A stretch of DNA of 64,000 nucleotides from a virus (taxonomy: Duplodnaviria > Heunggongvirae > Uroviricota > Caudoviricetes), in IMG/VR virus record IMGVR_UViG_3300022822_000008. One strand, 5' to 3'. A program made the position numbers and the translations under genes. Of the stretch, positions 1 through 7,440 are shown piece after piece. The notes beneath the pieces are model-generated. The model searched no databases. It was not told the DNA's origin and saw only the letters and a list, made by a program, of their open reading frames with translations. Every line of letters starts with the position of its first letter. The stretch's first letter is position 1.

Positions 1-122
1 TGCATATGAACTGTCCGAATGACAATTATAGTCATAACGTCCACAGATACCGTTTCTACCATTACCGAATTTTTTAATTCTTACGAAAAAGACGCAGTTT
101 CCGCAAGTTCGTCCTGTCGGCA

Positions 123-578
123 TTATGCTGATGTTATAATGATAGTTAGCGGTGGCATAAAATGATCAAAAGGCATACCTGAATATATCTTAGGTTGATT
201 ATATGTTTTAAAGTTTTGCAAAATGTCTTTATACCTACTTTGGCCTTGATCTGAAACTAACATTATTGCCTTGTCACCATTGAGTAGATAATAAAAGTCG
301 CAGCGAGACACTCCTCTGTGAAATGATTCTTCATAGTTTAATTTGAACATACAGTATTCTGCCAAAGCATCTAATTCGGTTGTTTTGCCTGTTTGTCTAG
401 GTCTTATAATTCCGAATGTAAGATGTTCTGTCATCGTAGATGCGATCCTGTCAAGAGACGGTATATGAGAAGGAAAACCTTTCAATAAATCAAGTGGTTT
501 AGAACCAATTTCCGTATAATATTTTTTGTCTATTAATTTAATACTGTGATATTCATCTATCAAATCTTTAAAATTCAT
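123..578 (-). CDS. Small P-loop NTPase (Walker A RPRQTGKTTE)
   Basis: 151-aa ORF with a Walker A motif. Confidence 0.45.
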   Translation of the reverse strand: MNFKDLIDEYHSIKLIDKKYYTEIGSKPLDLLKGFPSHIPSLDRIASTMTEHLTFGIIRPRQTGKTTELDALAEYCMFKLNYEESFHRGVSRCDFYYLLNGDKAIMLVSDQGQSRYKDILQNFKTYNQPKIYSGMPFDHFMPPLTIIITSA

Positions 579-610
579 AATAAATTCCTCAATTGAGTGT
601 CATGCAAAGT

Positions 611-688
611 TGGAAGGTGAAGCCAGATTCGAACTGGCGGTTGTAGAGATTTGCAATCCCCTGCGTTGGGCCACTCCGCCATTCACCT
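611..688 (-). tRNA. tRNA-Cys (anticodon GCA), CCA encoded
   Basis: Minus-strand cloverleaf folded by hand: acceptor AGGTGAA/TTCACCT, T-arm GCCAG-TTCGAAT-CTGGC, anticodon loop TTGCAAA. Confidence 0.65.
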
Positions 689-733
689 AATTAATTTATA
701 TTATAACACAACAGTAGTTTTGCTAACTTTTAT

Positions 734-1000
734 TTAAGCTGCGTAACTGCATGTCCATTTGTATGTACCACTGATGTGATACCAATCGCTGGGAATCTTA
801 TGATTAACTAAGAAAACAACATAGTTATTATCGTCTCTTAATCGACAGGCAATTGACATCCCTGAAGTATTGTGAAACCTTATAAAGGTCTTACCTTCAG
901 GATTTAAAGTTTGTTCGGTAGTTATAGCTACACCTCTTTCAGTTGCACCTATAACTGCAATCATCCCTATTAAACATAAAATTAATATTATTTTTTTCAT
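734..1000 (-). CDS. Small secreted protein (N-terminal signal peptide) within the tRNA cluster
   Basis: Hydrophobic N-terminus MKKIILILCLIGMIAVIGA. Confidence 0.4.
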   Translation of the reverse strand: MKKIILILCLIGMIAVIGATERGVAITTEQTLNPEGKTFIRFHNTSGMSIACRLRDDNNYVVFLVNHKIPSDWYHISGTYKWTCSYAA

Positions 1001-1043
1001 TTAATAAATCTCGTTTATAAGTTATTGAATGATTATTTAAATT

Positions 1044-1126
1044 TGGTGGGTATGATAGGAATCGAACCTATATTGCCTTGCGGATCAGATTTACAGTCTG
1101 AACACGATCCATACGTGTCTACACGC
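1044..1126 (-). tRNA. tRNA-Tyr-like (anticodon GTA, 13-nt variable arm); acceptor stem has 2 mismatches
   Basis: T-arm ATAGG-TTCGATT-CCTAT; perfect anticodon stem TCAGA/TCTGA with loop CTGTAAA; 3' CCA encoded; acceptor pairing is imperfect, so possibly a pseudogene. Confidence 0.45.
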
Positions 1127-1179
1127 CCAATTTAATACAACTATTATAACAAACTTGAAGTGAAATGTCAACCTTTATT

Positions 1180-1265
1180 TGGTACGAGTGGTGGGAGTCG
1201 AACCCACATGATTTTTCAATCAGAAGATTTTAAGTCTCCCGTGTATACCGTTCCACCACACTCGT
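1180..1265 (-). tRNA. tRNA-Leu (anticodon TAA), type II with 15-nt variable arm, CCA encoded
   Basis: Acceptor ACGAGTG/CACTCGT; T-arm GTGGG-TTCGACT-CCCAC; anticodon loop CTTAAAA; variable hairpin TGATT...AATCA. Confidence 0.75.
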
Positions 1266-1654
1266 AAATTCTGGACGACTCTAAACTCATGTTACGACTA
1301 GTATCGCATGAATCCGTTTTATACCTTTCTCACCGCGAACGCCCCAGCGGATACCTTTCGGTTAAGGATTTTTAAACTATTTCAATGATGAATTCTTCTA
1401 CTCTTCCCGAGTGTCGCCCGTAATTATTAATTACAGTTCTTGCCGTCAATATTCCTGTAGGTGCAAATGTAAAACCTATATAATAACCGTCTTTGTGTAA
1501 AACTAATCTTACAGGTCTGATTTCCAATTTTGTGGAAATGAGCAATGTCATAGTCTCTGAAAGTTTTTAGTTTTTTGAGAAATTTCATGATCAACCCTTA
1601 AATTCATTTCACGTTTCACGAGCAAGACTTAACCTCTTATCTCAATTAAAATTT

Positions 1655-1748
1655 CGGAGGGACAGAGATTCGAACTCTGACGCCACTTGCGCGGCTAACG
1701 GTTTTCAAGACCGCATCCGGTACCCAGAATCTTTCGGATTACCCCTCC
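1655..1748 (-). tRNA. tRNA-Ser (anticodon TGA), type II, no encoded CCA; oversized 24-nt D-region
   Basis: Acceptor GGAGGGG/TCCCTCC; T-arm CAGAG-TTCGAAT-CTCTG; anticodon stem GCGGT/ACCGT with loop CTTGAAA; 18-nt variable arm. Confidence 0.55.
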
Positions 1749-1899
1749 ATTAATAATGCTACAACCAGTTTAGGACTCGAACCATATCAACCGTCACTTT
1801 TCACCAATCACTACAAAGGTTATTACGATCTGGTATGCGCCAATACATCACATAGGTTGTATCATCTACTCGCGACAGTGAATCGCTTTCGATAATTCT

Positions 1900-2235
1900 T
1901 TACTTATACCATCTAACAAATAATTCTGATTTTTCTGTTTCTTTTATAACAGCGTCATCTGCAGTCATAACTACAATTCTTCTAAATGTATATGATACTT
2001 CTTTTGTTTCTTCTATCTTCTTTCTTTGCCGTTCAACATAAACTTGATACGTGCAACATTTTTTCATAGGTTCATAACCTTGCATCATTTCAACTGATTT
2101 AGTAAACTCAGCAAGAGACATTATATTTTCATCTCTTTCTTCAGGCGTAAGATGCGAAACGTAATACATAAAATATGGCATATTATATCCTATTGTTGAA
2201 TTAGGAGCCGGCTCCACGATAAAATGGAGTATCAC
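1900..2235 (-). CDS. Hypothetical protein
   Basis: 111-aa ORF between tRNA genes. Confidence 0.4.
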   Translation of the reverse strand: MILHFIVEPAPNSTIGYNMPYFMYYVSHLTPEERDENIMSLAEFTKSVEMMQGYEPMKKCCTYQVYVERQRKKIEETKEVSYTFRRIVVMTADDAVIKETEKSELFVRWYK

Positions 2236-2351
2236 CCGGTATTATTTGTTAAATTCTGTGGTTTCATGTTGGAGTCGTACCACACGTCATTATCAAGCCA
2301 TCATGAAACCACGACGGGACGTCTTTTCTTTCTGCAAAAAATAATTATAGG

Positions 2352-2423
2352 GGTGGCCTGCGATGATCGAAATCGCACCTTCAAGGTCACAACCTGGAGC
2401 TCTGCCACTTGAGCTAAGACCAC
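2352..2423 (-). tRNA. tRNA-His-like (anticodon GTG); anticodon stem has a C27-A43 mismatch; no CCA
   Basis: Perfect T-arm GCGAT-TTCGATC-ATCGC; D-arm GCTC-AAGTGGCA-GAGC; acceptor GTGGTCT/AGGCCAC; anticodon loop TTGTGAC. Confidence 0.5.
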
Positions 2424-2436
2424 ACCTATAATTACT

Positions 2437-2664
2437 TTAAATATGTTTATCTGAAAGCTTGCCAAATATATTCCATATAAGCCTATACAAATCTTCAGTT
2501 TGTTTTGGAGAAAAATTATGACCATGCATATCATGATACTCATTTGTTACTTCTTCTACAAACTTTTCTTGTTCTATTATTCTGTTATGTACATTAGTAG
2601 TAACATTATGATTCTTGAGTTTTTTGTATTCTTGGTATTCTTCTTCGTTTAATAAATATTGCAT
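2437..2664 (-). CDS. Hypothetical protein
   Basis: 75-aa ORF with a promoter-like -35/-10 upstream at 2696-2725. Confidence 0.4.
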   Translation of the reverse strand: MQYLLNEEEYQEYKKLKNHNVTTNVHNRIIEQEKFVEEVTNEYHDMHGHNFSPKQTEDLYRLIWNIFGKLSDKHI

Positions 2665-2695
2665 AATTTAATTCCTTTATCAATTCAATATAGCT

Positions 2696-2725
2696 ATTAT
2701 ATCAAACTTGGTACCAAATGTCAAT
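2696..2725 (-). promoter_or_regulatory. Sigma70-type early promoter (-35 ATTGAC, -10 TTGATATAAT)
   Basis: Minus-strand TTGATATAAT with 17-bp spacing to the -35 box. Confidence 0.5.
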
Positions 2726-2732
2726 AGTTATT

Positions 2733-2960
2733 TTATCTAAATTTTTGTTTATTACCAATTTTAGCTAAACCCCAAGCTAAAGATAAACAAACGATTACAA
2801 TTGCGATTGTAATCCAAAATGGAGAAAGTACCCACAACCAAGACCACGCAATAAACCCAGTCAGTTTCAATACAATGAAGACAATCGTCAATAGACCTAA
2901 GAAGCCAATACCACCATCGTTATTGTTGTTATTCACATTATTTCTGTTACTCATTTTCAT
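2733..2960 (-). CDS. Small membrane protein; paralog of 3572..3820
   Basis: Track ORF 2733..3080 trimmed to the internal start MKMSNRNN, preceded by GAGAGG, because the upstream part overlaps a tRNA; shares LTIVFIVLKL.G.I.WSW.WVLSP.W with 3572..3820. Confidence 0.5.
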   Translation of the reverse strand: MKMSNRNNVNNNNNDGGIGFLGLLTIVFIVLKLTGFIAWSWLWVLSPFWITIAIVIVCLSLAWGLAKIGNKQKFR

Positions 2961-2981
2961 TCCTCTCTCATTATTAAAAAT

Positions 2982-3056
2982 TGGCTGGGATATCAAGGTA
3001 CGATCCTGAAATGACGGATTTAAAGTCCGTAGTGTTGCCAATTGCACCATATCCCA
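2982..3056 (-). tRNA. tRNA-Gln paralog with anticodon TTA (reads UAA); candidate ochre suppressor; non-canonical T-loop ATCGTAC; CCA encoded
   Basis: Acceptor TGGGATA/TATCCCA is identical to the 5' acceptor of tRNA-Gln(TTG) at 3838..3912, and the discriminator G is shared; perfect anticodon stem ACGGA/TCCGT with loop CTTTAAA; D-stem 3 bp; T-stem TCAGG/CTTGA. Confidence 0.6.
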
Positions 3057-3069
3057 TTTATTAATAAGT

Positions 3070-3172
3070 GATGTTGCCATGGAATCGAACCACGAGGCTG
3101 CCGTCGCATTTAGCTCTTCCAGAACACGCAGGAATCGAACCTACTTGCCTATCCTTATACAACATCATAATT
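3070..3172 (-). other. Degenerate tRNA-like region: two T-arm/acceptor-like modules without a foldable D-arm and anticodon arm (tRNA remnants)
   Basis: Two motifs (CATGG-AATCGAA-CCACG at 3078-3094; GCAGG-AATCGAA-CCTAC at 3128-3144) each with an adjacent acceptor-like 7-mer; no 5-bp stem with 7-nt loop found between them. Confidence 0.3.
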
Positions 3173-3250
3173 TGGTGGGTAGTCACAGAATCGAACTGTG
3201 TTCTCAGGATCTTCAATCCCGCGCTGAATTACCAAACTAGCTCACTACCC
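3173..3250 (-). tRNA. tRNA-Phe (anticodon GAA), CCA encoded
   Basis: Acceptor GGGTAGT/ACTACCC perfect; T-arm CACAG-TTCGATT-CTGTG; anticodon loop TTGAAGA. Confidence 0.7.
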
Positions 3251-3260
3251 TTTATAACTT

Positions 3261-3336
3261 TGGTGGCCCACCCTGGGATCGAACCAGAAACCTTTCGATT
3301 ATGAGTCGAGTGCTCTACCAGTTGAGCTAACGGGCC
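3261..3336 (-). tRNA. tRNA-Met or Ile2 (anticodon CAT), CCA encoded
   Basis: Acceptor GGCCCGT/GTGGGCC; D-arm GCTC-AACTGGTA-GAGC; anticodon loop CTCATAA; the body is nearly identical to the tRNA at 7629..7704 but the acceptor stem differs. Confidence 0.75.
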
Positions 3337-3341
3337 GTATT

Positions 3342-3415
3342 TGGTACTAGGTGGAAGAATTGAACTTCCGTCTGACCATTATCAGTGGTCCGTTCTACCA
3401 TTGAACTAACCCAGT
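3342..3415 (-). tRNA. tRNA-Ile (anticodon GAT), CCA encoded
   Basis: Perfect T-stem GGAAG/CTTCC; perfect anticodon stem GACCA/TGGTC with loop CTGATAA; perfect D-stem GTTC/GAAC. Confidence 0.8.
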
Positions 3416-3435
3416 ATATTTAAAATAGTTAAAGG

Positions 3436-3508
3436 GGTGAACGACGGGGCTCGAACCCGCACAATCTCGAATCACAATCGAGGACATTACCAATTCTGCC
3501 ACGTCCAC
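3436..3508 (-). tRNA. tRNA-His (anticodon GTG), no CCA
   Basis: Perfect anticodon stem CTCGA/TCGAG with loop TTGTGAT; T-arm GCGGG-TTCGAGC-CCCGT; acceptor GTGGACG/CGTTCAC. Confidence 0.7.
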
Positions 3509-3571
3509 GCCTTTAACTACTTTTCAATTATATAACCATCCTTGGTCATGTTTTTAGTACATAGTATCAAA

Positions 3572-3820
3572 CTATGATTGTTTTGTTAACTTATATTTAA
3601 TTTTTTTGAAGCCTTCGATACCAAGTATCGCCACGAAAAAGATTAAATAACCAATAGCTCCGCAAGAAATGACAACAGTGATAGGTAACCATAAAGGCGA
3701 AAGTACCCACCACCAAGACCACGTAATTGTACCGACCAACTTTAAAACAATAAAGACAATAGTCAATACTCCCATTGTACCTATACCATCTGAACTTACT
3801 TCTTTTTTCCTTGAACTCAT
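3572..3820 (-). CDS. Small membrane protein; paralog of 2733..2960
   Basis: RBS GAGGAAG upstream of the ATG; two transmembrane segments; conserved motif shared with the paralog. Confidence 0.5.
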   Translation of the reverse strand: MSSRKKEVSSDGIGTMGVLTIVFIVLKLVGTITWSWWWVLSPLWLPITVVISCGAIGYLIFFVAILGIEGFKKIKYKLTKQS

Positions 3821-3837
3821 TTTACTTCCTCATCATA

Positions 3838-3912
3838 TTAATAATCTTGGCAGGGACAGAAGGATTCGAACCTTCGATACCGGATTCAAAGTCCAGCGCC
3901 TTAACCGCTTGG
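3838..3912 (-). tRNA. tRNA-Gln (anticodon TTG), CCA encoded
   Basis: Acceptor TGGGATA/TGTCCCT; perfect T-arm GAAGG-TTCGAAT-CCTTC; anticodon loop CTTTGAA. Confidence 0.75.
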
Positions 3913-3930
3913 CCATATCCCAATTGTAAT

Positions 3931-4005
3931 TTTATTAATTTGGTGCAAGGTGATGATAACGATCCATCCTCTAGGGATTTTCAATACCTTACTAATACAT
4001 CTCAG
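3931..4005 (-). tRNA. tRNA-Phe-like (anticodon GAA), second copy with non-canonical T-loop ATCGTTA; CCA encoded
   Basis: Acceptor GCAAGTT/ACCTTGC (6 of 7 pairs); D-stem ACTG/TAGT; anticodon stem AGGTA/TCCCT (4 of 5) with loop TTGAAAA. Confidence 0.5.
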
Positions 4006-4022
4006 TTAAACTTGCAAATATT

Positions 4023-4099
4023 TGGTATCAAGAACTGGAATCGAACCAGTATCAATTATTCGTATCTCTCGAAATGCTCTACCATTGAGCTATCCTGAT
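4023..4099 (-). tRNA. tRNA of undetermined specificity (anticodon loop AGAGATA lacks U33); CCA encoded
   Basis: Perfect T-arm ACTGG-TTCGATT-CCAGT; D-arm GCTC-AATGGTA-GAGC; acceptor ATCAGGA/TCTTGAT; the anticodon arm is non-canonical. Confidence 0.5.
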
Positions 4100-4216
4100 G
4101 TTTGAGATCGTACACGGCTCTCGACCGCAGACTAGATGAACTATTGAAGTGCATGAATCAACAAAGACGTCTCTATGTTGCTTTCTCAACTCAATCTAGT
4201 TATACGAAATAAGGTT

Positions 4217-4266
4217 ATCACAACTTGACATTTCCGCTCTAATTGCTTGATGTGAGAGGTTGTGAT
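4217..4266. other. Long imperfect hairpin (ATCACAAC...GTTGTGAT) immediately 3' of tRNA-Asp; possible processing site or small stable RNA
   Basis: 8-bp terminal inverted repeat with a partly self-complementary interior. Confidence 0.25.
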
Positions 4267-4271
4267 ATATT

Positions 4272-4347
4272 TGGCGGTGTGTGCGGGATTTGAACCCGCG
4301 ACCTCTTGCGTGACAGGCAAGCATTCTTACCCCTGAACTAACACCCC
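4272..4347 (-). tRNA. tRNA-Asp (anticodon GTC), CCA encoded
   Basis: Perfect T-arm GCGGG-TTCAAAT-CCCGC; perfect anticodon stem CTTGC/GCAAG with loop CTGTCAC. Confidence 0.8.
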
Positions 4348-4354
4348 AAAAATT

Positions 4355-4573
4355 TTAACTACACTTAATTCTGTTACCTATATAATCTCTAAAGATTTTA
4401 GGTTTTGTTTTTTGATCTGATTCAATATGAACCACATAAAAATGTTTTACATTATCAATACAAACGTATTTTACATTATGCGTTGGGTTTAGAATTGCAT
4501 ATATGCAAAGACATATAACCGTAATAACAGCTCCAATAATTCGTTTATATTTCATATTGTTTTCTTTTTTCAA
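4355..4573 (-). CDS. Small membrane or secreted protein
   Basis: 72 aa with a hydrophobic segment; promoter-like element at 4575-4604. Confidence 0.4.
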   Translation of the reverse strand: MKKENNMKYKRIIGAVITVICLCIYAILNPTHNVKYVCIDNVKHFYVVHIESDQKTKPKIFRDYIGNRIKCS

Positions 4574-4574
4574 T

Positions 4575-4604
4575 TCAGTGTGTACATTGTATCAAATATC
4601 TTGC
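4575..4604 (-). promoter_or_regulatory. Sigma70-type promoter (-35 GTTGAC, -10 TTGATACAAT)
   Basis: Consensus boxes upstream of ORF 4355..4573. Confidence 0.45.
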
Positions 4605-4627
4605 CAATGTCAACAACTAATATAATT

Positions 4628-4695
4628 TGGTGCGTCACAAGGGAGTCGAACCCTCAATGATTGGGTTTAGAATCCTACATTAACCATTATGACGC
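4628..4695 (-). other. Truncated tRNA-like element: acceptor plus T-arm and CCA, no anticodon arm
   Basis: T-arm GAGGG-TTCGACT-CCCTT and acceptor GCGTCAT/GTGACGC pair well, but only ~40 nt remain and no 5-bp stem with 7-nt loop exists; the 5' part overlaps the 3' end of ORF 4680..4949. Confidence 0.3.
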
Positions 4696-4949
4696 AATGT
4701 AACTCCAATACTTAAAACCCATCTGGAGCCTTTTTCAATCTTTTTAACTTTGTGGAAGTTAGCATCTGCTCTAAATAGACAGAATCGCCACCAACGAAAT
4801 ACAACGTTGCTACAAACAAATTCACCACCCTTATCAGCTTTTTTCAATGTAATATTAAACCGATAATGACGACCATATTTACCAGGATCTTTATGTTTTG
4901 GTATAAAGGAGCCTGTTTTATAATGGAATATATAAATGTCTGTCTTCAA
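4680..4949 (-). CDS. Hypothetical protein
   Basis: 89-aa ORF. Confidence 0.4.
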   Translation of the reverse strand: MKTDIYIFHYKTGSFIPKHKDPGKYGRHYRFNITLKKADKGGEFVCSNVVFRWWRFCLFRADANFHKVKKIEKGSRWVLSIGVTLRHNG

Positions 4950-5494
4950 ACGTTTGCTATAGAATAAAGTAAATATTCGATACCCCGAATTAAATTTATC
5001 ATTACCCCAACGGAATAATCTTAAACTTGGCGTTTGCGTTTTCTTCTACATTTTAGCACCTTCTTGTTTATCGAAAAATTCATCAAAACTGCAATGACCC
5101 ACATGAGCAGCAATTTTGTTTAGTTCTACTATCATGATATCTAAATAAGACATCACTTTGTTAAAATCTTCATTACTCATTTTACATTTCCTTATTAATA
5201 TCAATCAAAGAGCGAGTAGCAAGTGAAGCAATAAACAGTATTCGCTTGCCCCGAAGGATACAATACGAACAAAACAAATCACAAAAAACAAATCACACTT
5301 GTCGTTACATTAGTTCAGTTAGCAATGGACAAGTCTTAAGACACCCAATATAGACTGTAGCAGTAACAAATTGACCGTAAAGGTCTCCATTAATGTTCTG
5401 AAATTAATCAGAGGTACTTGTTCTCTTTTCTCTTGATTGATAGTCATCTGTATAGGTCCCCCTAGGGTAGACTGTTTCCGATGACGCGAACTCT

Positions 5495-6067
5495 TTAAAT
5501 TAGATTTGATTTTGAAAGTGATGCCTCTACACTAGGTGAAAGATCAATTTCTGTTTTTATATTCAACTCTAACAATTTATCTTTTAAATTTTGTCTAGTT
5601 CTTTTGTACGTAGCAATCTCTTTTTCCGCGTTACTTAAATACGACTTACTAAGTACTGAAGTTGAAAAATTGCTCGACATTCTATCGTAAGATGAACTGG
5701 ATTCATTGCTTTTAATTTTCCAAATTTTACCTGCGATCAATTCAGCACTCATTTGCTCACCAGCCGTAATTGCATCTTTGGCGTCTTTCAAATGCGCTTC
5801 AATTAAAGCGATTTCGGTAAGCAAGTCACTGACGCCTGCTTTATGATTACTCCTTGATACATCTTTGCGTATTCTGTACAAAATATTAGTCAGATCAGAT
5901 TTTAAAACTTCTGCATCTTTGAAATTACTTCTTGCTGTGTCAATTTGCACATTGGCATCTTCATGCTCATTCAATCGAACTACTGCAAGAGAAGAAAGAT
6001 TAATGTTTTTAATTACACTTTGTATTTCTTGTTGTAAGGCATTTGCCTTTCTTAAACTAATTTTCAT
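5495..6067 (-). CDS. Hypothetical coiled-coil protein
   Basis: 190-aa ORF in the tRNA region. Confidence 0.5.
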   Translation of the reverse strand: MKISLRKANALQQEIQSVIKNINLSSLAVVRLNEHEDANVQIDTARSNFKDAEVLKSDLTNILYRIRKDVSRSNHKAGVSDLLTEIALIEAHLKDAKDAITAGEQMSAELIAGKIWKIKSNESSSSYDRMSSNFSTSVLSKSYLSNAEKEIATYKRTRQNLKDKLLELNIKTEIDLSPSVEASLSKSNLI

Positions 6068-6092
6068 TTTACATCCTCATTATAAATTATAT

Positions 6093-6170
6093 TGGTGTTC
6101 ACGGTTGGAGTCGAACCAACGACCTCAGGATTAGAAATCCCGTGTTCTTTCCAGCTGAACTACGCGAACG
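6093..6170 (-). tRNA. tRNA-Arg (anticodon TCT), CCA encoded
   Basis: Perfect T-arm GTTGG-TTCGACT-CCAAC; anticodon loop TTTCTAA; perfect D-stem GTTC/GAAC. Confidence 0.7.
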
Positions 6171-6178
6171 TTATTAGG

Positions 6179-6254
6179 CATCCCCACGTGGATTTGAACC
6201 ACGGTTTCTGCTCCGAACAGAGCATTGTCCTAGGCCTGACTAGACGATAGGGAT
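6179..6254 (-). tRNA. tRNA of uncertain specificity (possibly Asn GTT); anticodon loop is 6 or 8 nt, not 7
   Basis: Perfect T-arm CGTGG-TTCAAAT-CCACG; acceptor ATCCCTA/TGGGGAT; D-stem GTCT/GGAC; anticodon region TGCTC-TGTTCG-GAGCA does not give a 7-nt loop. Confidence 0.5.
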
Positions 6255-6263
6255 ATTAAAATG

Positions 6264-6333
6264 AGCAGGTAAAGGGAATCGAACCCTTTCTACACAGCTT
6301 GGAAGGCTGGCGGATAACCTTTATCTTACCTGC
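6264..6333 (-). tRNA. tRNA-Gly (anticodon TCC), no CCA
   Basis: Perfect acceptor GCAGGTA/TACCTGC; perfect T-arm AAGGG-TTCGATT-CCCTT; anticodon loop CTTCCAA. Confidence 0.65.
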
Positions 6334-6523
6334 ATTAAACTACTTAAAACGCTGGTTCATCCTTCTTGCGAAGATGTTGAACTATATTGGTATTACACTT
6401 AATTATATTATCTGCATTCGCGCCTATGTGTGCAGTACGTAATGATTCACATAGATTCTCTAATTCAACTAAAAACTCATAATGATCTTCTTTGTAATCA
6501 AACATAATAATTCCCAAATAATT

Positions 6524-6598
6524 TGGTACACCTAGAGAGAATCGAACTCTCATTGTCAGGTTGAAAACCTGGTGTCCTGACCGTTAGACGATAGGTGT
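6524..6598 (-). tRNA. tRNA-Glu (anticodon TTC), CCA encoded
   Basis: Perfect acceptor ACACCTA/TAGGTGT; perfect T-arm GAGAG-TTCGATT-CTCTC; anticodon loop TTTTCAA. Confidence 0.8.
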
Positions 6599-6604
6599 AA
6601 AAAT

Positions 6605-6682
6605 TGGTAGCGAGTAATGGAATCGAACCATTCTCTGTTCGGCTTATGAGACCGATGAGTTCTACCAGAACTCTAACTCGCG
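6605..6682 (-). tRNA. tRNA-Met/Ile2 (anticodon CAT), CCA encoded; body differs from the other CAT tRNAs
   Basis: T-arm AATGG-TTCGATT-CCATT; anticodon stem TCGGT/GCCGA with loop CTCATAA; D-stem GAGT/ACTC; C1-U72 mismatch. Confidence 0.7.
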
Positions 6683-6807
6683 TTTGTCATTTATTGGAAC
6701 GGTTATCACTGAACGATCCGCAATCAGTAGCTTTATCCGTTATAGTATTTTTCAACTAAACATATAAGGCAGGTATTTATTTCTTCGTGTTTCGATTCAA
6801 TATAAAC

Positions 6808-6837
6808 ATTATATCAAAAAACTAAAGCAAAGTCAAC
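6808..6837 (-). promoter_or_regulatory. Early promoter cassette with conserved leader, positioned to drive the tRNA sub-cluster 6682..6093
   Basis: GTTGAC-17-TTGATATAAT followed by TGTTTATATTGAATCGAAACACGAAGAA; no ORF follows, only tRNA genes. Confidence 0.6.
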
Positions 6838-7187
6838 CTTTATTTTCAATTATTCTGATATTATTCTTAATATTTTCCGGCAAATTTAAATGTGCAATTT
6901 TTTTGATAAAGTTATTTCGTGCATTTTCTTCATTCTTCGCCTTTAAAGTCAACCTTACAAATTCACCTTCTTGTATCCCATATTCACCAGTTACAATAAA
7001 AGTTTTCATTCAACCTCTTTAGGAAATAATGCCGCGACTGCAGTGAAAAGGTTAAGTTCTCTCAATGACAGTTTTGTAATTTCATCAACTGCCGCATCAG
7101 GATCTTCTTTAAACATTTCTCGCATTTCCCTAACATATTGCGCGCTTATTTCCGGGTGTAACATATCGTACTCCATAATAAAAAAAT

Positions 7188-7260
7188 TGGCACCAGAGTT
7201 AGGAATTGAACCCAACAGACGAGGGGTTGGAATCCTGTCGATACCCTGTATCTCTCTGGC
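7188..7260 (-). tRNA. Compact tRNA, anticodon ambiguous (CCA/Trp or TCC/Gly)
   Basis: Acceptor GCCAGAG/CTCTGGT; T-arm TTGGG-TTCAATT-CCTAA; the anticodon region GGTTGGAAT gives two alternative weak stems. Confidence 0.45.
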
Positions 7261-7270
7261 ATTGTAAATG

Positions 7271-7336
7271 TATTCACTCTAGGGATCGAACCTCGGCGTT
7301 CGTAGCACCGCGCTCTTCCATCTGAGCTAAGCAAAT
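7271..7336 (-). pseudogene. tRNA-Arg(ACG)-like remnant: D-arm, anticodon arm and T-loop present; variable loop and T-stem collapsed; acceptor does not pair
   Basis: D-arm GCTC-AGATGGAA-GAGC; anticodon stem CGGTG/CGCCG with loop CTACGAA; GGTTCGATCC T-loop lies directly against the anticodon stem (~6 nt missing). Confidence 0.35.
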
Positions 7337-7341
7337 ATCAG

Positions 7342-7433
7342 TGGCGGATAGACTAGGATTCGAACCTAGGGATCCCTGTAACAGGACCGACGAGTTAGCA
7401 ACCCGTTGCCTTAAGCCACTCAGCCATCTATCC
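7342..7433 (-). tRNA. tRNA-Ser (anticodon GCT), type II, CCA encoded
   Basis: Perfect acceptor GGATAGA/TCTATCC; perfect T-arm CTAGG-TTCGAAT-CCTAG; anticodon stem ACGGG/CTCGT with loop TTGCTAA; 20-nt variable arm. Confidence 0.75.
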
Positions 7434-7440
7434 AAATAAA

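Noticed and set aside
1765-1790. T-loop-like motif GGACTCGAACC suggesting another tRNA
   Set aside because: The flanks do not form a T-stem or an acceptor stem, and no anticodon arm could be folded. It was left unannotated (possibly a further decayed tRNA).
2224-2412. Plus-strand ORF (62 aa) and the overlapping minus-strand ORF 2301..2543
   Set aside because: Both overlap the tRNA-His-like gene at 2352..2423; no RBS and no conservation, so they are taken as artifacts of the tRNA sequence.
3068-4098. Plus-strand ORFs 3068..3304, 3669..3929 and 3775..4098
   Set aside because: They run antisense through six or more tRNA genes and the small membrane protein gene; all supportable genes here are on the minus strand.
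5048-5182. Possible unlisted 44-aa minus-strand ORF (MSNEDFNKVMSYLDIMIVELNKIAAHVGHCSFDEFFDKQEGAKM) with an AAGGAA RBS
   Set aside because: It is below the track cutoff and has no other support; noted only as a candidate small gene in the 450-bp gap 5050-5495.
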